Source: a virus. Taken from it: a stretch of 64,000 bases of DNA. Location: positions 11,304-75,303 of the IMG/VR virus record IMGVR_UViG_3300027985_001729; one strand, written 5' to 3'. A model generated the notes under the pieces. It was not told the origin of the DNA, did not search any database, and saw only the letters and a list, made by a program, of their open reading frames with translations. This document shows, one piece after another, positions 26,189-35,485 of this stretch; the stretch's first letter is position 1; every line of letters starts with the position of its first letter. The position numbers and the translations under genes were made by a program.

Positions 26189-27136
26189 CTACGCCGCCTT
26201 GCGCTCTGGTTTTCTCGCGCTGGCGATGGTGCCGCGCGGAATCGCGAAAGGGTTCTCGAAGGCGTTGAGCTTCATCAGTTCGACGGCCCTGCTGTTGTCG
26301 CCGTAGAGGAGCCTCGAAAGATCCGACACCGACATGGTCGCCGGCACCTCAACCTGCACAATCGAAGATGTTAGCTGCTCTACGTCCTTGACCAGGCTCG
26401 TTGCGCTCGACCATATCCGCTGCATCGACTGCACGAGCCTCCACCGAGCCGGGTCGTTGAGCAGCGCGATGGTGTCATCGGCCTGCCTGCAAAGGCTCGA
26501 AAGACCATCCGCTTTCGAGAGCAGAAGGTCTTGCCCGATGTCAGCCTGCGTGATCAGCGACTCGACATCGGATGCAGCGCTTGAAATGCTCTGGAGTAGG
26601 CCGGCACCCTCAGGGGTGATCCCGCTCGGGAGACCTGCGGCGGCGATCGCCGCTGGGGTGAGCCCCTCCTCCTCGAGCTCGCTGTCGAAAGCGTCGACGT
26701 TGGTCTGGATCGCCACCGGGGTGATCTTGATCAAGTCCTTCACGAGAAAGAGGTCGCTCTGGTCTTCCCGAAAGAGGAGCTCAGCGCTCTCCCCGTTTCT
26801 TGTCTTCGAGTCGGCGGTCCACGTGTGGCTCACGCAGTAGGCGGTGACCGTGCCGAGCGTGGGGACAACGAGGTCAAAGCTCTTTCCCCCATCGAAGATG
26901 ATCCGAAGCGAAGCCGGGGTCTCTGGCCACAGCTTCGGGTACGCGGCGAACCGCGTGTAGAACAGCCCCTTCATGCGAAACTCGTATAGCTTGCGCCCGA
27001 GCTTCTCCGGAGCTCCGCCTGGGCTGTGCGGGTACTCGTGAACATGCTCGCGAAGGCCACCCGTGATCGTGCACTCGGAGACTGGGAACTCGAAACCGGC
27101 GAAGCTCGCACGCTGAAGGCTGTCGAAGGTGGCCAT
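26189..27136 (-). CDS. Mu gp43/N DNA-circularisation-family tail protein with LysM-like C-terminus
   Basis: LQRASFAGFEF...HEYPHSPGGAPEKLGRK; LYGDNSRAVELMKLN. Confidence 0.9.
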   Translation of the reverse strand: MATFDSLQRASFAGFEFPVSECTITGGLREHVHEYPHSPGGAPEKLGRKLYEFRMKGLFYTRFAAYPKLWPETPASLRIIFDGGKSFDLVVPTLGTVTAYCVSHTWTADSKTRNGESAELLFREDQSDLFLVKDLIKITPVAIQTNVDAFDSELEEEGLTPAAIAAAGLPSGITPEGAGLLQSISSAASDVESLITQADIGQDLLLSKADGLSSLCRQADDTIALLNDPARWRLVQSMQRIWSSATSLVKDVEQLTSSIVQVEVPATMSVSDLSRLLYGDNSRAVELMKLNAFENPFAIPRGTIASARKPERKAA

Positions 27137-27139
27137 TGG

Positions 27140-29353
27140 TCATGTACCGAGCGGTGATGGAATCCCGGTCGTCGTTCCAGGCGGAGGCTGACCGAGCGGG
27201 GTGGCTGGGAGGTTCGTGACTCGCACCTCCTGCGGACCGCCAGGCTTTTGCTTCAGCCCCTGGGCTACACCCTCGGCGACGGACTTCGACAATACGCCGA
27301 GGAGCGCGTCGATACCCTTCTGCTCATTGTACAGCGTGCCAGCCTGTTGTCGGTATAGCATCTGCTCTCCACGCTCCTCGGCCGTCTTCTTCGAGAATGG
27401 ATTCAGAACATCGAAGCGTGTGATCTCAGGCTCCTGTGATATGGCGATTCGCGAGGCTATCTTTTCTCGCTCGGCCTTGAGCGCCGTCAGCGTTTCCGCA
27501 TCGACGCTACCCTTCTCCTTGAACTGCTTTTCGGCTCGAGAGAGAACCGACTCGGAAGTGGTCAGGTTCTCGCTGGCCTGCTCTCGGCCTGCCGCGGTCC
27601 TCTCATTTAGATGCGCGGCGATGATAGTCCCCGCGGTGATCCCGATGGTAGCTGCTCCGATGGCGAGCCCCATCTTCCCACCACCACCCGAGACTCCGCT
27701 GAGCGCCTTCTCAAAGATCGACTTGAGCCCAATAGCTGCTACCTCCTTCGCGATGGAGGCCCCAAACACGATGATCGCGCTCTTGATCGGGTTTTGTGCC
27801 ACGAAGTTCGCCAGGTCGCCGAGACCTTGGGCCACCTTGACAAGGTGTGGTGCGAGCTGAATGAGGGCAGGAACTAGCTTCGACGCTGCTTCAGCGGCGA
27901 CTCGCTCGAGTTGGTTGTTGAGCTGCTGGACCTTGGCGTCCGACGTCTCCATCGTTCGACGGAACGATTCCTGGATCTCTGCCTGCTGAACGGTCGAATC
28001 TCGGAGCCTACTAAACTCAGCCTTGATAGCTGCTACCCCAGCAACGTCTCCGGCTTTACCACCGCCAGCCTTTGAGAAGGCTGCGTTGTATATCTGGACG
28101 AACCCTCCGATTCCCTGTTGGCTCTTTACGTCTCTGAAGATCTTCCCAAGAGCACGCGGGTCACCTTGCGTCTTCGATACGATCTGAGTGATCAGTTCTT
28201 CTGGCGATCGAAGGTTCTTCCCTGTCGCATCGTACGGGTTGATCTTCGTTCCAGCTTGAAGGTTCTTCAGGAACGACTCTTTCGCGAACGACTGAATCAG
28301 CGCCTGTGCGGCTCGAGTAGCCTCAGCAGGCTTCCCTGCTCCGCCCTTCGCTCTGGCTACCTGTGTGACGATGCCGAGCTCGACCATTGCCTGCTCAGAG
28401 GTCATCCCGAACTTCCCCGACACAGCGCCGATTTTCGCGATTTGCGTGGCCATGTGCCTGATTTCGACAGCGCCCATCTTGCCCTGTCCGGCCATGGCCT
28501 GAAGCACCTTCATTGTCGCCGTGGCTTTGTCTGTCCCCTCGGGGAACTTTGAAGCGATTTCGCCAGCCGCGCTCACCATGTCGTCGAGGTTGGTGCCAGT
28601 CGCTTGGGACAGGACCGCGAGGTCCTTCATCATCCTGCGTCCGGTCTCCAACTCACCTGTCTTGGACACGAACTCGGCGAGGCCTTCCATGGCCGCCTTC
28701 GTATCGACACCAGCTAGGTCTGCAACACTTCTGATCTCTGAGATCAGCGCCTTCGGGTCTTGACGTACGCCGGCCGGGCCCGCTTCACCAGGGTGATACG
28801 ATGCCGCGGATAGGTTGACGGCCATCTTCTCGAGCTCGACCGACCTCCTGATGTACGCGGCCGGGTCGAGCTCGACGCCAGCACCGCGGGCGATCTGCCC
28901 AGCCATGCCGATGGCTCCACGAGCAGCCCCCAGCGTCGTCGAAGCGGCACCAGAGACCACGCGGCGAGAGGCCGAGATGCGTACGTTGCGGGCGCGCTCC
29001 TCGTCCCTCGTTTGCTGCTCGAGTGCCCGTTTGCGGTCCCGCACCTCTTCGTCGAGTTGTTTCTTTTTTTCCAGCGCCATGTCGGCGACGGTCTTCTTGA
29101 TGTCGCGTGCTGCGCTCTTCTCGGACGAGGCGAACTTCTTCGCGAGCGAGTCGTACGCAGACCCAATCTCTACGAAGGACTTCTTGGCCTGCGCTGGCGC
29201 ATCTCTATACCCGCCAGTGAACTCCCGAGCGGACTGCTTCCCCTCCTGGGAGATCTTCGCGCGCGCACGCTCAGCCGCCTGGACGATCGGCACGAACACG
29301 TTCCGCGCCTCAGGGTCGAGGGCGGCTCCGACGCGAACACGGATCTGCGCCAT
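27140..29353 (-). CDS. Tape measure protein
   Basis: 737 aa helical Ala/Lys-rich protein; QGKMGAVEIRHMA motif; position in operon. Confidence 0.9.
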   Translation of the reverse strand: MAQIRVRVGAALDPEARNVFVPIVQAAERARAKISQEGKQSAREFTGGYRDAPAQAKKSFVEIGSAYDSLAKKFASSEKSAARDIKKTVADMALEKKKQLDEEVRDRKRALEQQTRDEERARNVRISASRRVVSGAASTTLGAARGAIGMAGQIARGAGVELDPAAYIRRSVELEKMAVNLSAASYHPGEAGPAGVRQDPKALISEIRSVADLAGVDTKAAMEGLAEFVSKTGELETGRRMMKDLAVLSQATGTNLDDMVSAAGEIASKFPEGTDKATATMKVLQAMAGQGKMGAVEIRHMATQIAKIGAVSGKFGMTSEQAMVELGIVTQVARAKGGAGKPAEATRAAQALIQSFAKESFLKNLQAGTKINPYDATGKNLRSPEELITQIVSKTQGDPRALGKIFRDVKSQQGIGGFVQIYNAAFSKAGGGKAGDVAGVAAIKAEFSRLRDSTVQQAEIQESFRRTMETSDAKVQQLNNQLERVAAEAASKLVPALIQLAPHLVKVAQGLGDLANFVAQNPIKSAIIVFGASIAKEVAAIGLKSIFEKALSGVSGGGGKMGLAIGAATIGITAGTIIAAHLNERTAAGREQASENLTTSESVLSRAEKQFKEKGSVDAETLTALKAEREKIASRIAISQEPEITRFDVLNPFSKKTAEERGEQMLYRQQAGTLYNEQKGIDALLGVLSKSVAEGVAQGLKQKPGGPQEVRVTNLPATPLGQPPPGTTTGIPSPLGT

Positions 29354-29359
29354 GGCCGA

Positions 29360-30091
29360 TCAGCTATCGCCCTCGATCTCCACATGGTCGGACGCCAGCT
29401 CATCGATCACAGCCCGGAGCAACCTGCGGACCCTGTGACCAGCGCGGCCACTAATCCCTCGCCATGCATCTCCAGAGAGAAGCCCCTCGGCGAGTTCGTG
29501 AACCTCCTCGTCGGTTGCCTCTGGGGCGGTCGGGCTGTTCGCGCCCATGAAGATGTCGAGCTCGGTGAACAGCCATTCGATGCTCTCGCTCTTGAGCCCT
29601 TCTGCGATCACGGCCTCAGCGCCTGTCCAGCGATGCTTCTTCGCGTCATCCGGATCGCACAGACCTGCCGCGAGCACGTTGACCATCAGGACGCCGTTGT
29701 AGCACTCGATACGCGCGTCCTCGTCTGACGGGTTGTCGTGCAGCGCCCAAGCCTTGCGCGCAGCCTCGGCGCGAGCAAGAGAAAGGTCCTCCTCGCTGGG
29801 CGACCGAAAGCCAACGACGATCGGCTCCGTTGGGGCGTTGGCCCAACCTTCAGCCCACGCCGACACAGGGATCGAGATCCTCTTGGACGGTGCGCTCGAT
29901 ATCTCTTCAGACCTTGCGGCGAACGGGCTTCCATTCGCCACTGGCTGGGTGCTAGCTGGCGCAGCAACGGGCGCAGAAGGTGACCCAACAACGCTGCCAC
30001 GAAGCGTACCGAAGCTCTCCTGGAACTCGGATACCGACATCACGCGGCGACCTGGCGTGACCCCGGGGGGCAGGTTGGCGGCTTGGCTCAT
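29360..30091 (-). CDS. Tail assembly chaperone-like protein 2
   Basis: Between tube and tape measure; aligns with 30088-30690. Confidence 0.7.
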   Translation of the reverse strand: MSQAANLPPGVTPGRRVMSVSEFQESFGTLRGSVVGSPSAPVAAPASTQPVANGSPFAARSEEISSAPSKRISIPVSAWAEGWANAPTEPIVVGFRSPSEEDLSLARAEAARKAWALHDNPSDEDARIECYNGVLMVNVLAAGLCDPDDAKKHRWTGAEAVIAEGLKSESIEWLFTELDIFMGANSPTAPEATDEEVHELAEGLLSGDAWRGISGRAGHRVRRLLRAVIDELASDHVEIEGDS

Positions 30092-30690
30092 GTCTTGGTG
30101 TCGCCTTTATTGTTCGCGAGCAGCTCGTTCATCAAAGCCTCTCCGATTGGCGCAGTACCATCGTATTTGGCCACCAGTGAGCTCAACAACAGGGAGACCA
30201 AAGTACGCATAAAGGTCCACCGCAAAACGGGCTGCATATTCGCGAAAGGGTCAGCGCCCACCCCAGGCGTCGACTCAGCGATTTCGAGGATTTTCGCCAA
30301 CTGCTCGCCAACGTCGAGCGACAGCTTACGCGGGGAGCATTCGTCCTGGAAGAGCTGTTGTTGCTCGTGCAGGAGGGCGATGCGGTCGGTGTCGAGGTTG
30401 ACGAGCACCTCGTGCGCGCTCGCAAAGAACGGGCGCTTGTGGTCTGGGTCGTCGGGGTCGAGGCACGAGATGGCGAGCACATGGGCCATGACGCCGATCT
30501 CGAAAAGGCGGTCGGTAGGCTTGGGGTCGGTCACCCCCTTCTCCACGGCGTAGGCTCTACCACCAGCGATGGCCTCGGCCTCCTCGAACCCATTCATGGG
30601 TCGAACGAGGACGGGTATCTCCTCGTCTCCGTACGGGAGGACCACGCGCTTCGTGGCCCTCTTGCCCTTGATCAGAGAGGCGAACTGCAT
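30088..30690 (-). CDS. Tail assembly chaperone-like protein 1
   Basis: Immediately after the tube gene. Confidence 0.7.
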   Translation of the reverse strand: MQFASLIKGKRATKRVVLPYGDEEIPVLVRPMNGFEEAEAIAGGRAYAVEKGVTDPKPTDRLFEIGVMAHVLAISCLDPDDPDHKRPFFASAHEVLVNLDTDRIALLHEQQQLFQDECSPRKLSLDVGEQLAKILEIAESTPGVGADPFANMQPVLRWTFMRTLVSLLLSSLVAKYDGTAPIGEALMNELLANNKGDTKT

Positions 30691-30696
30691 ACCTGG

Positions 30697-31077
30697 TCAG
30701 CTCACGTCGGCCAGGCGTGGTGCCCCGCCAACGAACTTGAACTTGCCCTTGCACTCGCCCGTCTTGGAGTCGGACGTGTACCCGCGCTCGATGATCCGAC
30801 CGTCGATTGTCTCGAGCCCCCCATCGACAGCGATCTGGATTTGAACATCGAGCTTGTCAACGAGCATGCGTTTGACATTGTCCGCATGTCCCTTGACGGG
30901 GGTCACGGTGTCGATATCGAGCTCCGTTTCGTCGATGCCTTCGCTCTGGCCGAGAACACCCTCGAGCCCGAACTGGTTCGCGTCGTTGCCCCTATGGGTG
31001 TAGGTGCTGTTGCTTACTTCAGCGATTTTCTTGCCATTGAGCAAGATCCTCGCCGCGCGGAAGCGTGACTGTGCCAT
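30697..31077 (-). CDS. Tail tube protein
   Basis: 126 aa beta-rich protein after the sheath; GGAGG RBS. Confidence 0.8.
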   Translation of the reverse strand: MAQSRFRAARILLNGKKIAEVSNSTYTHRGNDANQFGLEGVLGQSEGIDETELDIDTVTPVKGHADNVKRMLVDKLDVQIQIAVDGGLETIDGRIIERGYTSDSKTGECKGKFKFVGGAPRLADVS

Positions 31078-31095
31078 GGGATCCTCCGTCGGCGA

Positions 31096-32610
31096 TCAGC
31101 CGACCTGCCGGACGCTCACGCCGGTCTGGTGATTGAGTGGGGTTGCGATGGCGGGGACCAAAGACATGATCCGCTTTGCGACGGGGTCGTACTCGGACAC
31201 GGGCGGGTTCAGTTCGACGTCGCTGAGGATGTTCTGCGACTCGAGGTCCTTGAGGATGGACGTGACCGTCTGGTTCCACCGAGTTGGCGTTGCAACCCCG
31301 GGCGGACGTTCGCGCTGCTCCGGCGCAGGGTCATCGGCCACGTAGGGGTTGGCCACCTTGTACACGGTGACCCAGTAGAGCTCGAGCACATCGCGCACAT
31401 AGTCAGGGACGACAGCCTGTGCCGTGTCGAGCGTGCGGTAGTCTGGGAGCGCACCGTTCAGGCAGTGCGTGACGATCGACCGGACGATGTATGCTTCCCC
31501 CGACGGTGAAGTGGCGATGGGGGTAACGCCGTTGTCGAGCGCGCTGATGAGGGTCGCGGTTGTCGGCCAGTCCCCCGATTGACTCTGCGCCACAATGCCT
31601 GGCAGCACGTACCCGTCATACCCTTGGTTCGGGTTGGACTGCTCAGCAGCGGTCCTTGCGGCGGCAAAAACTGCCGCGATCTCTGAAGGGTGGTTCTCGG
31701 AATTGAGATACCAGAGGAGTTGAACGCGCTCAGCGTTGAGCGTCACCGTCGACAGGGTAATCGAAGCAGACAGCGAGTCGCTGACGGCACAGATGGCGTG
31801 CTCCGTCTTGCCCTCGAGCACTCCGGCCTTGGTGTTGAGCTGAGCCTCCCACAGCGCCGCGTTGGCGGCATCGTTCTGGGCGAAGGCGATGCGGTTGTAC
31901 CGCTGAGCGGATAGCACAGCGAGCAGCGCCGAGACGTCCTCCGTGCCGGTGCCGCCGGTGAAGTGGACTCCGCCTCCCGTGATGGCCGTGCCACCAGCGA
32001 TCGCGCTCGTGACGCCGCCGGCTGGGGTGTCGCTCTCCTGGAAGAGCACGCCTTGGTTGCCGCGAGCTCCAGCGCTCTTGCGCGTCGCAGTAACGATATA
32101 GGTGGGCCCAGCGCCGACGGCGGCCGTGACCGGGGAGTGTGGGTCGGCGTTGATGGATGCAGCGATCGCCGTGGCGATGCTCGAGAGCGTATCCGTCGTG
32201 CGGATGACGCCTGTGTAGCGCCTACCATCGATGCGATAGGCGAACTCGCCGGAGCTCGTCGGGTTGGACCCAAACAGCGTGATCGTGATGGTGACGGTGG
32301 CTGCTACCGCGCCTACGGCCTCCGCGCTCGGAGCGGCAAGGAGCTTGACCCCGGGGATCCTCAGCGCTGCCTGGCACATGAGGTTGATCTCGGACCCGGC
32401 CCCGTGCAGCGTGTCGCTGTCGTCGAGGCTCAGGATCTGGTCGATGCTCGCGTTTGGCGTGGCGGTCCCTGTGCTCTCGAGCATTGTGCCGCTCACGAGA
32501 CACACGAGGGGGATGGACCCGATCGTGATGGGGCCAGCACCGTATACTGTTTCCCCGAAGAACGCGGGGAGCTTGTTGGTGGACGTGAAGCCGACGATGT
32601 TGATGCTCAT
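31096..32610 (-). CDS. Tail sheath protein (Mu gpL-like)
   Basis: GAGSEI, ATRKSAGARGN, ALDNGVTPI, IVRSIVT motifs; start at MSINIVG. Confidence 0.92.
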   Translation of the reverse strand: MSINIVGFTSTNKLPAFFGETVYGAGPITIGSIPLVCLVSGTMLESTGTATPNASIDQILSLDDSDTLHGAGSEINLMCQAALRIPGVKLLAAPSAEAVGAVAATVTITITLFGSNPTSSGEFAYRIDGRRYTGVIRTTDTLSSIATAIAASINADPHSPVTAAVGAGPTYIVTATRKSAGARGNQGVLFQESDTPAGGVTSAIAGGTAITGGGVHFTGGTGTEDVSALLAVLSAQRYNRIAFAQNDAANAALWEAQLNTKAGVLEGKTEHAICAVSDSLSASITLSTVTLNAERVQLLWYLNSENHPSEIAAVFAAARTAAEQSNPNQGYDGYVLPGIVAQSQSGDWPTTATLISALDNGVTPIATSPSGEAYIVRSIVTHCLNGALPDYRTLDTAQAVVPDYVRDVLELYWVTVYKVANPYVADDPAPEQRERPPGVATPTRWNQTVTSILKDLESQNILSDVELNPPVSEYDPVAKRIMSLVPAIATPLNHQTGVSVRQVG

Positions 32611-33071
32611 GCCTGCTCCGAGGACGAGAGGGGTGGATTGGTCGTGGCGGGCTGGCGAAGATCCGCCTGCCACAGAGAGAAGTCTGGGTCTCGACCATGC
32701 TGGTCTTTGAAAGCCTTCATGGCTCGACTGCGATAGTCGTTGATCGCCTCGGGCCATGGCCGGAACGGGACGCCAACCGCTTGAGCGGTGGTCCTATCTG
32801 CCGGGATGATGTCTCCGTGCAGAATCCCATGCCTGTAGTGGTTGGTGTCCTCCACGGCGCGCGGGGAGAGGTCGAACTTGAAGAACGTGCGTTGCCGAGG
32901 GGCATGCATGGCCTTGCTCGCTCTCGTGATCCTGGTCCTCGATGGGTCGATGATTGCGCCGACCCAAAGCCGATATCCGCGGCTCAGGTTGGGGTCATCG
33001 GGGAATGCACTCGCGGGAACTCCCTCGTGGTCGAGAGTCTTGAAGGGGTTGCAGACTACGTTGAGCAGCAC
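32607..33071 (-). CDS. Hypothetical protein before the sheath (Mu gp38 position)
   Basis: AGGAG RBS; ATGA overlap with the sheath gene. Confidence 0.7.
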   Translation of the reverse strand: MLLNVVCNPFKTLDHEGVPASAFPDDPNLSRGYRLWVGAIIDPSRTRITRASKAMHAPRQRTFFKFDLSPRAVEDTNHYRHGILHGDIIPADRTTAQAVGVPFRPWPEAINDYRSRAMKAFKDQHGRDPDFSLWQADLRQPATTNPPLSSSEQA

Positions 33072-33122
33072 AGAGCTCTCCTCGGTGTCGAATCTGTTGT
33101 TGGAACGTGGAGTGGTCGATGT

Positions 33123-34223
33123 TCAGGCGATGAACGCGCCGAACACGCTACCGTCCTCGCGGGCGATCTCTTGGTAGATCGCGCTGGGCGAGAAGTTGTC
33201 GGCGGCATCTGGGTCGAAGGGCTTTTCGATGTCTGTGGTGAAGCGCTCGATCACCTCGAAGCTCATCTCGATGGCGTCGTACGTGCGAACGATCTTCCCC
33301 GCGCCGCTGAGCTCGATGCCGACCATCCTGTCGCGCCACGAAGTGAGCCGCATCTCCTGGATCCCTGCCACTCGTAGCGACACGGAACCCTTCCCGTTGA
33401 CGGCGTAAAGACCGAAGCTCAAGGTCGCATCGATTCCGGCTTGCGCGTCGACGTCGATCTGCGTGACCTGCGTCAAGTGCCAGGTCCCGACGTAGGTCCC
33501 AGCTACGGCATCGAGCGTCACCACGGACGACCTCACGCCTCCGTCCTTCCCGAGCCCTGTGAAGACAACCTGGGTCCCTGGAATGATGCTCGACGGATCG
33601 CCCCCAATGGTCACGGTCGGCTGCTGCCCTGGGGAAAAGGAGGTGCTCCCGATCGCACCGTCGAGCGCTGCTCCCGCGTACGTTTCGATCGACGTCGAAG
33701 AGGCGATGCTCGTTTTGATGGCGGTCGGATCCGCCGCGACGTCCGCTGCCTCAGAGTCCGTGTCCCCCGGGGCCACGTAGACAGGATCTCGGACCTGCTC
33801 GATGGCCCGGTCGACGACCTTGGCGATGGCGTTGGTGAAGTTGTCTCGAGCGCGCTGGGTCTGCTGGACGGCAGGGAGGAAGATCCAGAGCGCCGTCCAC
33901 ACGTCATGGAAGACCCTGTACTCCTCGGCCATGTAGGTCGTCACGTTCCCCTTCTGGCGCCAGATGTACAGTGCGGGGAGGTTCTTCTCGTTGAAGACGT
34001 ACTCCTCGGGGTTGTGGACGAAGACCGTTTTTACGACGGGGATCGGCGACTCTCCCTCGGAGACAAGGCGAGGGCAGATCGATTGCCACGCGGTCGAAGC
34101 GTACTTGTTGAGGAACGCGGCGATGTAGTTGGACATCACCTCGAGCGCTGGGTCCCCCGTCGCCTCTGGTGACGTCGCCGAAATGGCGACAGGGATCTCG
34201 AGACCACCGTATTCGTCGGCCAT
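33123..34223 (-). CDS. Tail terminator/neck-like protein with an inserted beta domain
   Basis: Position; LPALYIWR motif; insert resembles 41422-42069. Confidence 0.65.
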   Translation of the reverse strand: MADEYGGLEIPVAISATSPEATGDPALEVMSNYIAAFLNKYASTAWQSICPRLVSEGESPIPVVKTVFVHNPEEYVFNEKNLPALYIWRQKGNVTTYMAEEYRVFHDVWTALWIFLPAVQQTQRARDNFTNAIAKVVDRAIEQVRDPVYVAPGDTDSEAADVAADPTAIKTSIASSTSIETYAGAALDGAIGSTSFSPGQQPTVTIGGDPSSIIPGTQVVFTGLGKDGGVRSSVVTLDAVAGTYVGTWHLTQVTQIDVDAQAGIDATLSFGLYAVNGKGSVSLRVAGIQEMRLTSWRDRMVGIELSGAGKIVRTYDAIEMSFEVIERFTTDIEKPFDPDAADNFSPSAIYQEIAREDGSVFGAFIA

Positions 34224-34224
34224 G

Positions 34225-34419
34225 TCAGAGCTTGAGGCTGTTGCCTCGGTCGATGTTCGTGATGGTTCTATCGGGGCGCTGCGTTCCGACAACCCCAGCG
34301 TTCATCCTGACCCACGACACCACCTGTTGGTCGGTGAGCTCTACGTACGGCTTTCCGTAGTGGGCAGCGATGGTGCTCGAGTGGGGGGCGGCAATTCTTC
34401 TGGCTTCTTCGGGGCTCAT
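34225..34419 (-). CDS. Small hypothetical protein
   Basis: ATGA overlap; fills the operon gap. Confidence 0.55.
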   Translation of the reverse strand: MSPEEARRIAAPHSSTIAAHYGKPYVELTDQQVVSWVRMNAGVVGTQRPDRTITNIDRGNSLKL

Positions 34420-34955
34420 CGGCTCATGATCTCCGCTACACGCTCCTGCGACACCTCGACCTCTCGCAGGATTACGCGCTCTGCCTTCTGGGCCGCTGGA
34501 CCAATGAAAGGGTGCGGGGCAGTCCCAGGATGGTGAACGACACGAGCGAACACCTGCTCCCCACCCATGTCGAAGCGAAGCGCCGTTCTCGTCGTGCCGA
34601 TGTCGTCGGACGCACGTCGGCTTTGGCCACGTCGCACCGGACCTACGAATCCAGAGCTTGCCTTCGGACGAATCTCGTGTGGGGCCGTTCCCTTTTCGAC
34701 CTCGCTCGCGTACGGCGCTGTAGCCTCGATGACACCCACGGCGCCGCCGCGCGTTGAGGTCTCGAGGCGACCCGAGATGCTCCGTGTAAGAGCCCCCGTT
34801 TTGTCTTTGTAGGCGTGGTTCGACCGAGCGTAGTCCGCGCCCTCCTTCACGCCGAGATCGACACCGCGTCTGATGCCATCGCTCAGCACGCCGAGCGATT
34901 CGTCCCAGTCGCGTCTGAGGTCCTCGAGACCTTCGATCGTCACATCGAACGACAT
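34416..34955 (-). CDS. HK97 gp10-like / virion morphogenesis protein
   Basis: IEGLEDL, KTGALTRSI, APYASEVEKGT, VHHPGTAPHPFIGPA. Confidence 0.85.
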   Translation of the reverse strand: MSFDVTIEGLEDLRRDWDESLGVLSDGIRRGVDLGVKEGADYARSNHAYKDKTGALTRSISGRLETSTRGGAVGVIEATAPYASEVEKGTAPHEIRPKASSGFVGPVRRGQSRRASDDIGTTRTALRFDMGGEQVFARVVHHPGTAPHPFIGPAAQKAERVILREVEVSQERVAEIMSR

Positions 34956-34956
34956 T

Positions 34957-35418
34957 TCAGAACCCGCTCCCGTTTTGGTTGCCGTTGGGGTCATCGATCG
35001 TTGTGTATGGTCCGTTGTTGAAGATGAGCCCACCGGAGTTCTTCGGGGCCACGGCAGGGGATGGTTGATCGGGGAGGTTCCTGAGGCCAGCCCTGATCAT
35101 CATCATCCTGTCCTTCCCGCGCTTCCACCTTTCGGCACGCGTCTCCTCCCCGAAAGTCCTGACGTACTCCGGGTGTCTCTCGAAGCAGAAGGATATGGCG
35201 AAGTCTTTCGCCGCTCGTTTCAGGAGCCGGTCCGTGTCTTCCTTCGGCTCGACGTAGATCCCGACGAGGAACGAATCTACCTCTGCCTCTGCATCGTCGA
35301 TGACGTCGGAGATCGCGAGCTCGTTGAGCACGCCCGAGTTGTCGTCGTCGAAGATCTCCTTGATGGTTTGGAGCGACAGGGCGCGGATGAGGATGTCCCT
35401 GTCGATGTACTTGCCCAT
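34957..35418 (-). CDS. Head-tail adaptor (Mu gp36/DUF1320-like)
   Basis: YIDRDIL...VIDDAEAEVDSFL..Y motif. Confidence 0.8.
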   Translation of the reverse strand: MGKYIDRDILIRALSLQTIKEIFDDDNSGVLNELAISDVIDDAEAEVDSFLVGIYVEPKEDTDRLLKRAAKDFAISFCFERHPEYVRTFGEETRAERWKRGKDRMMMIRAGLRNLPDQPSPAVAPKNSGGLIFNNGPYTTIDDPNGNQNGSGF

Positions 35419-35456
35419 GGTGATCTTCGACCTTCGTCAGGATGATGGTCCGTGAG

Positions 35457-35482
35457 GGTGGAGCCCCGTGAGGGGCTCCACC
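35457..35482 (-). other. Stem-loop just after the capsid gene (stabiliser or attenuator)
   Basis: GGTGGAGCCCC-GTGA-GGGGCTCCACC, without a U-tract. Confidence 0.6.
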
Positions 35483-35485
35483 TGC

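Noticed and set aside
20421-32610. Tailocin, eCIS or T6SS
   Set aside because: Portal, protease, capsid and terminase are present, so it is a phage
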